Shown piece after piece: positions 1 to 10,065 of a stretch of DNA of 25,944 bases (within the stretch, counting starts at the first letter, position 1; the number at the start of each line of letters is the position of its first letter). This DNA is from Hormiphora californensis (lineage: Eukaryota; Animalia; Ctenophora). A program made the position numbers and the translations under genes. Below the pieces are notes generated by a model. The model had not been told where the DNA came from. It did no database searches and was given only the letters and a program-made list of their open reading frames with translations. Location: assembly GCA_020137815.1 (NCBI GenBank), contig WFME01000022.1, positions 1-25,944 of the forward strand, written 5' to 3'.

Positions 1-78
1 TTAATATAACAATATATGTATAATGTAAAAACCCTGGAGACATTTAACAAAATAAAAATTTAAAGATGCTAAACTTAC

Positions 79-575
79 TGCTAGACCTTGGCGTTGTACT
101 TGTAGCATCATTTTGCCTCAGCTGCTTTTCCGTAGTTAACGGCGTCTCAATGGTGTCCTGCACAATTGCATCCATCCGTTTCTCTAAAGTGAAACAAATA
201 ATGGGTTTTGAGGACGTCCAGGGTATGGTGGGAGGTTGCAGATTTCGCGACATTCTGACCCCCCCACTCTGACATCATATAGGGGTAGGGGGGTGACGCA
301 ATTCGGACTGTCCCAGGTTTTGAAGAAACATTTTTACTGATTTTATTAAAACTCGGACAGGGGGAGGGAGGGGGTCTACCGTCTGGCAGATTCGGACAGG
401 CCTGGACAGGTGGAGAGGGGGTGTAAAAAAATGACCAAAAATCATGGACTTCCTTTTTGTAGAAAAAGGTGACAATGCAACAAACTAATAAAAACACAAA
501 GAGTCGTACACACAAGAGAATAAAGTTTTGACAGTGAAAAGAGTAGATGAAAAGAAAGAGAGAGGGGGCCGGGGG

Positions 576-624
<49 letters not shown>

Positions 625-739
625 GAGAGAGAGAGAGCAGAGAGAGAGAGAGATAGAGGAGAGGGAGAGAGAGGGGAGAGAAGAGAGAGTGAGAGAAGAG
701 AATGAAACGCGAGGTGAGAGAGAGTATGAGAGAGAGAGC

Positions 740-813
<74 letters not shown>

Positions 814-2394
814 TATTTCCAGGAGATAGTAATTGACAAGATGACAAAACATGAAAGGGGTGAGCGAGAGCGAGTGTAATTTTACAGACTGGTCATGGTA
901 TTGTGTGCCACTGTGAATTGTCGTAATCATATTCTGTGTTTGTGTTTGATAAAGGTGTATGTAAAAGAGAGGAAAAGGGGTTATAGTCATACCTGGAGTC
1001 ATTGGCAAACAAAGCATTGCTCTGGAGGGTGTCCTTCCCCTACCATAATTTGTTGAGGGTAGGCCCGTCGTCAATGTTGTGGCCACCCCAGCCCAGTAGC
1101 TGGTCCATTTCCCTATGTGGCCCAGCTTTATATTCACCTGTAAAATTAAGGTCAGGCATGGGTTTTTGGAATTGTATATAGAAAACAGCAGTTTAGGAGT
1201 GTAGGACGTAGGTACATAAAAGGGAATTTAGGGATGCGAACCCTATCAATCTATCATACTTTTTTCTGTTATCTTCCTCTATTCCTCTGGCGAGGACAGT
1301 AGTCAGAGTGGTCAGTTTGTCCTTCAGAAAACTAACTGAAAGAATTCCTGGATTACGATAACAGTATACTGCTGCCCAGTTTGTAGCGGCCGGGTGATCC
1401 GCTACAAACTGGGCAACATTTGTTATTCTGAATATAAAAAACTCGCCATTTTTGGGGGAAACTTACATTTTCTTTTTGCATACCCTTCTTTAAAGAAGGC
1501 TTCGGTGTAAGGAAGCTCCGGTTTAAGGGAGCTACCATCACCATACGACTTGTTAGAGAGAGCCTTCTCCTCGGCGGCCATCACTCGCTTGGTGAACTCT
1601 TTCCTAGTAGGCTCCATTGCAGATGGATGTTGTCGGATCTTTGGATCTGAAATGATAAGGTTGATCATAAAAATACATATTAAAACAAATTTGTCGACAA
1701 ACAATTGTCTTTTTTTGTTTGTTGGGATGATATCTCCTTCCGGCTTCAATCAATCAGGACAAAATGAAAAGCGGTGTTTTTATAACGAACAGTTTCGATG
1801 TTACAACATCTTCCTCAGCCTCAAATTAATTTGTTTAAAGTAGTGTTGAAAAGTTTCAAACTTTTCAACACTACTTTAAACAAATTAATTTGAGGCTGAG
1901 GAAGATGTTGTAACATCGAAACTGTTTCGTTAATAAAAACACCGCTTTTATTTTTGTCCTGATTGATGAAGCGGAAGGAGATATCATCCCAACAAACAAT
2001 TATCATGCGGCTCATAAACAATTATCCGATACTTATCCTGTGAAACAATTGTCTGTATCGTTACTTTTCCGGCGACAGACCCCGACCGAGAGACAGAATT
2101 TAAGTAGGGCCGGGAACTCCAGTCTCGAAATTTGCACAGTGTTGGAGTGGGCAGTAGGTTATATTCAGTTTTCGATCCGCCTGCACCCTCATTTGAATAT
2201 TTCTACCTTATGCTGAACCCCCTCTTTCGACTTTCGACCACTCTTTTGTGATCGTATCTCTAATCATACCCTATACTTGATAGTAAAACAGTGCAAGACT
2301 TACTGGTGACGTCGACAATTTCGGGCATTCCCACTGCAACATCCGCCAGTAAGTAGGCAAACGCCCCTTCAAATCGTCTTTTGGTTTGGGTCAT
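79..2394 (-). CDS. Putative spliced gene of unknown product (candidate exons 2394-2304, 1646-1467, 1427-1260, 1137-993, 183-79; continues off the window); possibly a pseudogene
   Basis: GC-richer open blocks bounded by GTAAGT/GTATGA donors and polypyrimidine-AG acceptors (MTQTKRRFEGAF..., DPKIRQHPSAMEP..., ITNVAQFVADHP..., VNIKLGHIGKWTSYW..., EKRMDAIVQDTIE...). Only the last junction is clearly supported; at least two others need 1-bp corrections. No domain recognised. Confidence 0.35.
550..810. repeat. (GA)n microsatellite, imperfect
   Basis: Long AG dinucleotide run; source of the spurious SLSLSL ORFs. Confidence 0.97.
1784..1822 (-). ncRNA. Mirror-image hammerhead motif in the other palindrome arm
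   Basis: Reverse complement of 1892-1930 (CTGAGGA at 1818-1812). Confidence 0.55.
1892..1930 (+). ncRNA. Minimal type I hammerhead ribozyme motif (weak helix I)
   Basis: CTGAGGA-A-GATGT(TGTA)ACATC-GAAA-CTGTT: CUGANGA/GAAA core with perfect 5-bp helix II and a vestigial helix III. Confidence 0.6.
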
Positions 2395-2738
2395 TCTAGT
2401 ACGGATAATTGATGTTTGCAATTACATATAATATGTAATGATAATAAGTAGACCCTGGTACTGAGAGGTGATCTGAGCGAGGACCAAAATAGGTTAGCCC
2501 AAAAACACTGGAGGAAACAATAGAATAATACTCAATAACATAATCGAAGCAATTGCTATTTATTAATGATATTTATTTATTTTATGTTTAACTCAACATT
2601 TAATTCACATATATTCAATATACAAAATATGGAATGAATGGGTCGGAAAGGTTGCCCTATTAATTGAGCGACATTTCACGTTCACGGGATACAAATAGTG
2701 CCCAGGGAAAAGGAATGTACTGTTACAAAGGTAAGGTA

Positions 2739-2906
2739 CAGTCGGACCCCGATTTAGGGGCCCCCGATTTAGTGGCACCCCGATTTAGGGACAGGATTTT
2801 TTACCCCCGATATAGGAAATTAACCTTATTGACCCCGATTTAGTGGACACCCTATTTAGTGGACAGAGCACGTCCCCGAGGGTGTCCCTAAATCGGGGTC
2901 CGACTG
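2739..2906. mobile_element. Tc1/mariner-pogo-type MITE, family A (168 bp)
   Basis: TIR CAGTCGGACCCCGATTTAG/CTAAATCGGGGTCCGACTG, TA on both sides, repeated subterminal CCCCGATTTAG(T/G)GG motifs. Confidence 0.9.
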
Positions 2907-3002
2907 TACATTTAATTTTTCATGCAATTTTGACGTCAACTTGGTGATACAATTACTCATTTCTAATTAGTCATTATATTTATTGTTTTATCAATTCTCA
3001 GA

Positions 3003-3573
3003 AGGGCCTAAAAACCCAACTTTTATTTAATTATTTTGAACACTTCATCGTAACAAGCATGCTATTGGAGTCCCAAAACATAGGTTCACGCCCCACCCCG
3101 CCCAATGTGAGCCCCTCAAGTTGGGGCCAGTGGGGTCACCTTGTAAACGCGCTTGTGTACTCTTGAAATGCTAACAATATGATCCTCTCTAAAATTTGAA
3201 GTTTTGGGGTGAAATTTAGCCTTGTGCTTCGAGGGGAGTACCAATTTTCTTGTCTCTGTATTCTGGTAATTTTCTCTCTAGTTTTGATATGCTTAAATAA
3301 TAATAATTGATGAGAAAGATTATGAAATCTACAAAACACAAGGATAGTTTTCTATCCTAAATTTTATATTTGAGAGAGGATCATATTGTTAGCATTTCAA
3401 GGGAGTACAAGCGCATTTACAAGGGGAACCCAAATGGGCCCCATACTGAGGGGCTTCCCCTGGGCTCACATGGGGCGGATGGGGCGTGTACCTATGTTTT
3501 TTGGGACTCAATAGCATGCTTGTTACGATGGAGTGTTCAAAATAAATAAATAAAATTTGGGTTTTTAGGCCCT
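3003..3573. mobile_element. Foldback/MITE with ~200-bp imperfect TIRs
   Basis: AGGGCCTAAAAACCCAA...TTGGGTTTTTAGGCCCT; inverted homology extends to ~3200/3365. Right flank is TTAA, left TSD not preserved. Confidence 0.8.
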
Positions 3574-3782
3574 TTAATGTCTACTGATTTACGTCCTCAT
3601 GCTCAACCTCCTGAAATACTGCTTCAACTTGTTCCTGACTATATCGCCTTCTTTTCTGATGTTTGCTGGAACACGTACGACTGTGGACTCTCCGGATGCA
3701 GATGTGGACTCTCCGGATGCAGATGTCTGACTAAAAATTTGTATCATAATGATTGATTTAGCAAACCAAGTATATCATAGTA

Positions 3783-4972
3783 CAGGGTGTCCCACTGTCT
3801 TTGCGTGACCTGTGATTTTGGGTGATGAGTGGGTTCCATTCAAATGCTCATAACTCATCGAAAAATTGGTCAAAACGGCTCAACCAAAACATGTGTTGTA
3901 GAGAATTGTCAGGCGAACATCTGGGTACAAAGATTGATGTTCCAAGTTTTACACAACCGTCAGATATATCGTCTTAAGTCAAAAATACGTGTTAATGAAA
4001 TCCGACCGGGGTTCACGTTTTGAAAAATTCACATATGCAAAATTGCTCGTCAGGATCACATTGCATCCTCTAAGAGCTGTAGAAAATTGTCTGGCGGTCA
4101 CTTTGGTACCCGGGTTTTTGTCCAGCTTAATGTTTAGACTGTCTTATGACTGTCTAAAGACGAAATTCAACCAACATTTTTGAGGGGATCACGTGTCATC
4201 AACAAATGGGAAAATGGTTTGAAATTATAAGCAAGGCTTCATTGGAATCGTCTAAGGTCAGTTTGATACACGATTTTATCCATAGCTCTACGTTTTAGTT
4301 GCGTTATGACTGTAGGGACATAAAGATTTGTCTACGCTGAGTCTAGTTGGTATCGGCTCACAACGCCTAATTAGGTGGCAGGTGTCGTGTGTAATCCCAT
4401 GATAATCAGCACATATCGTCTCAATTCATCTAGACACTTGACAGGGTTGTTTATGACGATTTGGCAAGCCCCTGTTAATGTGTAGGATACGCAAGTGGCT
4501 ATCTCAACCCTATCATGCACTAAGATGTTATCAAGCAGCAATGAGCTTCATAACAGGGCAAAATGTAATGCGATACTGAGACCACTTTGTGGAAAATTCC
4601 AGTTCTGACATTCATAAGACACTCTAAACATTGAGCAGGACAAAAACTCGGGTACCAAAATGACCGCCAGACAATTTCCTACAACTCTCATGAGGGAGCA
4701 ATGTGATCCGAGCAATTTTGCATTTGTGAATTTTTCAAAACGTGGAATCCTGTCGGATTTCATGAACACGTATTTTTGACTTAAGACGTATATCTGACGG
4801 TTGGTAAAGACTTGGAACATCAACTTGTACCCAAATGTCGCCTGACAATTCTCTACAACACTGTTTTTGGTTGAGCGCCGTTTGACCAATTTTTCGATGA
4901 GTTATGAGCATTTGAATGGAACCCACTCATCACCCAAAATCATAGGTCACGCAAAGACAGTGGGACACCCTG
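3783..4972. mobile_element. Tc1/mariner-type non-autonomous DNA transposon, family B, ~370-bp TIRs
   Basis: TA|CAGGGTGTCCCACTGTCTTTGCGTGACC...GGTCACGCAAAGACAGTGGGACACCCTG|TA; lies in the last intron of the Harbinger gene. Confidence 0.92.
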
Positions 4973-5208
4973 TAAATCTCCCTCATTCGACCCTTTATAT
5001 TAATCTTACTTGTTTTGGTCTCTAATGTAGAACTCGTCTCGAGCTCCGACATCTTCTGGCTGAGATTGATGTAGTTGAAGAGAAGAACCGCACACTCCAC
5101 AGTGGCGTTAACAGCCGTCTCCTCTCCAACTAGGCTATCTAGCACAGGGAAGACCTGTACTAGTTGCCCGAAGGCACATTCGACAGCCATTCTGTTGCTG
5201 AAACGAAG

Positions 5209-5798
5209 TGTAAACATATTGAGACCCTCTGTCTCAATAAGTTATACTTCTAGATAATATGCATATCGGGTTCAGTAAGAGACACAATTTGCGGGTGGGA
5301 GAACTAAGTAATACTAAAATCACAGAGACAAAGCTTTCATCACACTATAACACACTCTCGCTAGCTCACTCGAGTGGAAGCTGACTGGGCTAGACTGGAG
5401 GGCGGAGGCAAAGTCTGAGGGCAACCAAAAAGCCCCCTAAGACCCTAAACTCCTCCCCTTATATAGTCTTGGTTGCACAACCGTCCTCCTGTGGTTGTGC
5501 AACCAACCGCTGGGGTTGCGCAACCATCACTCTATGGTTTCACAACCATCCATGTGGTTGCCACAACCACCTCCACATGGTTGTGCAACCAACCTCTCTG
5601 ATCTATCTTCTCTCTCTCGGCCGACAGAGTACCACACACACTACATGTCATATCATTTCCGGCCAAGAGATGGAGAGTATAGAAACACAGGCTCATAGGA
5701 ACATGAAAGTCACGAACAACCACAGCATCCCCGACAGGGGTTCGAGGTAGGATAAGTCAGAATGCTGCAAGCGTGGGAAAAGTAGCCCCACGCTTACA
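5209..5798 (-). repeat. 3' LTR
   Basis: Direct repeat of 8040-8629; differs by about one substitution and about eight 1-bp indels. Confidence 0.95.
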
Positions 5799-5810
5799 CT
5801 CCCACACTCT
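5799..5810 (-). other. Polypurine-tract-like plus-strand primer site
   Basis: Minus strand AGAGTGTGGGAG abuts the 3' LTR; imperfect (two T). Confidence 0.55.
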
Positions 5811-7279
5811 GAACAATATCCTCTCCCGTCGAAAACAGCTGATTGCTCGAACCATCAGGTTCCCACCGCCACTTCCGAAAAAATATCAAGTACAGCAAAT
5901 CCAAGCTCACAGTCAAGTCCTCAACTCGAGTATTGAAAGTTCTACTCAAATTATAATACACACTAATGACTAACTAACCCACATGCACACGAACTCACAA
6001 ATTTTAAAATACCTCTAAAGATTTATCTAAAAATTGAACTTAAAGTTCCTCTAAAAACGTTCAATTTAAACTCCAACCAAAATTAAAACTATCTCTTCAG
6101 CCACTCACAGCATTGCGTCCTAATAGCTATCCACCCCGACCACATCATCAAACTTTTCTCATCTTGAATTCTTATTCAATTAAGATTACGCCACAGCAAA
6201 AACATTCACACTAATTATTACTATCTGAAGTTGATGATGTGGTCTTAGTGGGGTAATACTATGACCTAATTAAACAAGGTCACTGCTCACTCTGCCCAGC
6301 AACAAATTTACACTCATGTGAGTGATGCTCGGGTCAGTCTATTTCAGCGCTAACACTGGGAGCAATGGGAGTATTCTTGTCCAAGAGATGATGCAGCCCC
6401 GGTCAAAATTGCCACGCCTTCCACAATCAATGTCCAGGTTTGGAATAGGTATGATGTGATGTTCCTTCCATCCGGGTTGTTCTGTAGCATTCATGCAGAG
6501 GCACCCAATATTGGAGGGATAGGCCAGGTCGCGGGAGGAGGATCGTGATCATTGATCCTCCAAACCGATGAAGTAGAATCGTAGACGGGACCGTATGGAC
6601 TTGTACGGAACCTGCTGACAGCCAAAATGTATAGTCTTTCTTTGGAGCTTAACTAGGCAGCCCCTCTGTTCACGACCTTTCTTTGACCTATCTCTCCATT
6701 TTCAAATCCTGATCCATCAAGTTTGAATACGCAGGGTCTTACCATCTGATTCCAGAACCATCCATTCCTCAGCTGAAGGCGATCGACATAGTTCATTCGA
6801 AAGCTACTGATAATTGTTTTGCGACATCCAGTAAAAGTGGCGGGCGTTAGATCAGCTACAAAGATCCATCATTGGCTGATATTTTATTGTCCTTTGCCTC
6901 CACACACATTTAACACACAGATTCTCCCACCCATTATTGGTTATATATTACAAAATTAAAACCCTTGCCTAAATAAAATGTTTCCCACTCTTAATCACAT
7001 CCACACGTTACCCACAAACTAAGCAGTATACTCACACAGAGCAATCACACCACTGCAACTGCCATCTCACACAGAGTAATAGCACCACTGCAGTAGCTGT
7101 GAACATCAATAATCTTCGAATCGATTGTATCAAACGGGGGCCACAGCACACGCCGAGAGCCGCAAACATCCCGTCACATGACGTATCACATCATCCATCA
7201 CACATGATCAAGTCAGTACCCATTGATTTTGGTCACCAACCGTATGACGGTACGAGAGAGCCATCACTAGTCCAATCAA

Positions 7280-7701
<422 letters not shown>

Positions 7702-7962
7702 TACCACTCCCCACAATGTCCAAAAAGTGAGAGGAGCCATGATACTACCTCCCACCGAAATTTCCAGAAGAAATATTATTACAACGTAGTGCCCCCCTCG
7801 AGGGCACAGCCCTAAACGGGAGGGGGAGCATGGGCGGGGTTCACAACAACAAGAGGAGCGAAGAGGGGAAAGGAAGAAACGAGACAAGAGAAAGACAGCT
7901 TGAAGAGATAAGAAGAAGAGATGATAATAATTAGCCTGCCCGGGCTTGGCTTGTGAGGACGG

Positions 7963-8038
7963 GCCCGGTTAGCTCAGTCGGTAGAGCACGAGACTCTTAA
8001 TCTCGGGGTCGCGGGTTCGAGCCCCGCATCGGGCTCCA
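7963..8038 (+). tRNA. tRNA-Lys(CTT), full length with encoded CCA; its 3' end is the element's PBS
   Basis: GCCCGGT TA GCTC AGTCGGTA GAGC A CGAGA CTCTTAA TCTCG GGGTC GCGGG TTCGAGC CCCGC ATCGGGC T CCA: 76 nt, all four stems pair, anticodon CTT at 7996-7998, intact A and B boxes. Confidence 0.97.
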
Positions 8039-8039
8039 T

Positions 8040-8629
8040 TGTAAACATATTGAGACCCTCTGTCTCAATAAGTTATACTTCTAGATAATATGCATATCGG
8101 GTTCAGTAAGAGACACAATTTGCGGGTGGGAGAACTAAGTAATACTAATATCACAGAGACAAAGCTTTCATCACACTATAACACACTCTCGCTAGCTCAC
8201 TCGAGTGGAAGCTGACTGGGCTAGACTGGAGGGCGGAGGCAAAGTCTGAGGGCAACCAAAAAGCCCCCTAAGACCCTAAACTCCTCCCCTTATATAGTCT
8301 TTGGTTGCACAACCGTCCTCCTGTGGTTGTGCAACCAACCGCTGGGGTTGCGCAACCATCACTCTATGGTTTCACAACCATCCACTGTGGTTGCACAACC
8401 ACCTCCACATGGTTGTGCAACCAACCTCTCTGATCTATCTCTCTCTCTCGGCCGACAGAGTACACACACACTACATGTCATATCATTTCCGGCCAAGAGA
8501 TGGAGAGTATAGAACACAGGCTCATAGGAACATGAAAGTCACGAACAACCACAGCATCCCCGACAGGGGTTCGAGGTATGGATAAGTCAGGAATGCTGCA
8601 AGCGTGGGAAAAGTAGCCCCACGCTTACA
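8040..8629 (-). repeat. 5' LTR
   Basis: Adjacent to the PBS/tRNA; TG...CA termini. Confidence 0.95.
8290..8422 (-). promoter_or_regulatory. LTR U3 promoter: TATA box plus six phased 12-bp palindromes (second copy at 5459-5590)
   Basis: Minus strand GACTATATAAGGGG; GGTTGCACAACC-type motifs start at 8303, 8325, 8346, 8368, 8389 and 8411. Confidence 0.7.
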
Positions 8630-9101
8630 GAAGTAAACAACATTACATGTCTCAAACATTGAACATAGCCTCGTGTTATATATTCAAATAACGCCCATGA
8701 ATATAATATATGAAACAGGAAACTTAACTTCATACTTTAAAAACTTACCCACTCAATGCTTTATTGAATGGCAGCTCGTCCGCTATTTCCGTTTTAAATG
8801 GCTTCATAATAGTGTTCCTCAATGGGAAGGCGTCATCTGCCAGAAAGTATATAATAGTATGGGATTTTTCCAAATATCTCCTAAAAATGAGAATTTTTTA
8901 AACCGCATTTAAATATGCATACTTATTTTTAGTACACGATGTTTGATTATCACTTATAACAACACATTTTACCATTACGCCCCCATTGATTTAAGTCACT
9001 ATTCAGTGATCTCACCACCACTCGGCTCACACCCTATTGACTATCCTCAACCCCCATTGACTCCCCCTGTTGACCCCCCCCCCTCATCTCCTATTGTATC
9101 C

Positions 9102-9299
9102 GGTAAGCGGACTCTAGTGCTAAAATCACGAAAAGCGAACTCGAGATTTAGGCCTTTAGGCCGGAAACGAGAGTTTGCAGTGCCTCCATACTCATTTATA
9201 AGTGTTAGGGCCGTCAATCGTCATTTGGGTTCGAGTTTAGGGGTTAATGTAAAGGTTAGGGTTAAATATAGAGTTCGTTAGCACTAGAGTCTGCCTACC
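9102..9299. mobile_element. Small MITE with 22-bp TIRs and internal TTAGGG-like repeats
   Basis: GGTAAGCGGACTCTAGTGCTAA...TTAGCACTAGAGTCTGCCTACC; TSD unclear. Confidence 0.65.
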
Positions 9300-9660
9300 C
9301 TATGAATTCAGAGCAATGTGTTTCCCTGTCTATTCGACTGAGGTTATAACCGCTCCAAATAGAGCGGAAGATATATACTAAATAACTTACATTTCCTTTT
9401 CCTTTTAATAGCTCGGGTTGGGGAATCCAGTCTCCTCCTTCAAGCAATTCGATGCCCAAAACGTCAGTAGCCAATATACCACCGTCCGATCTTCGACCAC
9501 AAGACCCAACACTAAAATGGACGAACCTGGAGAATGGAGCTACAAATATTAATATGATCGATCAATGATCTGTTCAACGGTCAAAGCTTAGAAAATTGTC
9601 ATTTATGCTAACGCCTAACTCCTTAATGATGAGTCCGCAGAAGGAATTACGGTGACGCAT

Positions 9661-9707
9661 TAACTGCCTGGGGGTTAACTGTCTGGGGTAACTGCCTGGG
9701 GGTAACT
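9661..9707. repeat. Short ~14-15-bp tandem repeat at an intron 5' end
   Basis: TAACTGCCTGGGGG-type unit three times. Confidence 0.6.
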
Positions 9708-10065
9708 TACCGGTACTCAGAATCGACGACTGCAAGTAGCACAGTACTGTGAAAGTGTTTATAGTTATAATTCCTGGAACCATCACCAGGATAATTTTGT
9801 ATACGACAGTGTTTTCCATCGATCGCACCGATAACGTGAGGGAATCCCCATCGATTCTCGATCCGTCAGCTATCTTTTTCCAATCGTGGACATCTTTTGG
9901 TCGGCAATCGACAAGTTTCTCCACATTCCCGATAATGATTTTCAAAGTCTGAAAATATAGCGGTATAGGTACGCGTGTTCTCGAAACCATATAAGGTTGA
10001 TGGCAATATCAAGAAGCTACGTGAAATTTGAAGACCGTAAGTCTCAGGAATAGGCGATATATATA

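Larger units (their letters stand above)
1715..1999. mobile_element. ~285-bp palindrome (centre 1857, 1-nt spacer); probable inverted pseudo-LTR relic of a Penelope-like element
   Basis: TGTTGAAAAGTTT-C-AAACTTTTCAACA core, with arms pairing out to TTGTTTGTTGGGATG/CATCCCAACAAACAA. Each arm has a hammerhead core; the right arm is followed by AATAAA (1932-1937). Confidence 0.65.

Noticed and set aside
200-460. G-rich GGACAG-repeat segment resembling a MITE
   Set aside because: No paired termini or TSD could be defined.
442-992. SLSLSL/RERERE ORFs (also 7099-7815)
   Set aside because: Open frames produced by GA/CT microsatellites.
3829-4926. Repeated short ORFs MGSIQMLITHRK... (also 24011-24232)
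   Set aside because: Chance frames in the long TIRs of family B; no transposase motifs.
4930-5217. 95-aa ORF as a stand-alone gene
   Set aside because: It is exon 7 of the Harbinger gene; its ATG is in the LTR and its end is in a MITE.
5469-5750. Cys/His-rich ORF MVAQPSSCGCATN... (also 8301-8585)
   Set aside because: Translation of the palindrome array in the LTR; frames differ between the two LTRs.
8303-8422. Repeat-spacer pattern resembling a CRISPR array
   Set aside because: 12-bp repeats with ~10-bp spacers, no cas genes, eukaryotic LTR context.
7963-8629. tRNA-derived SINE head plus body
   Set aside because: The downstream sequence is an LTR present twice with a TSD, and the other copy has no tRNA head; no SINE tail.
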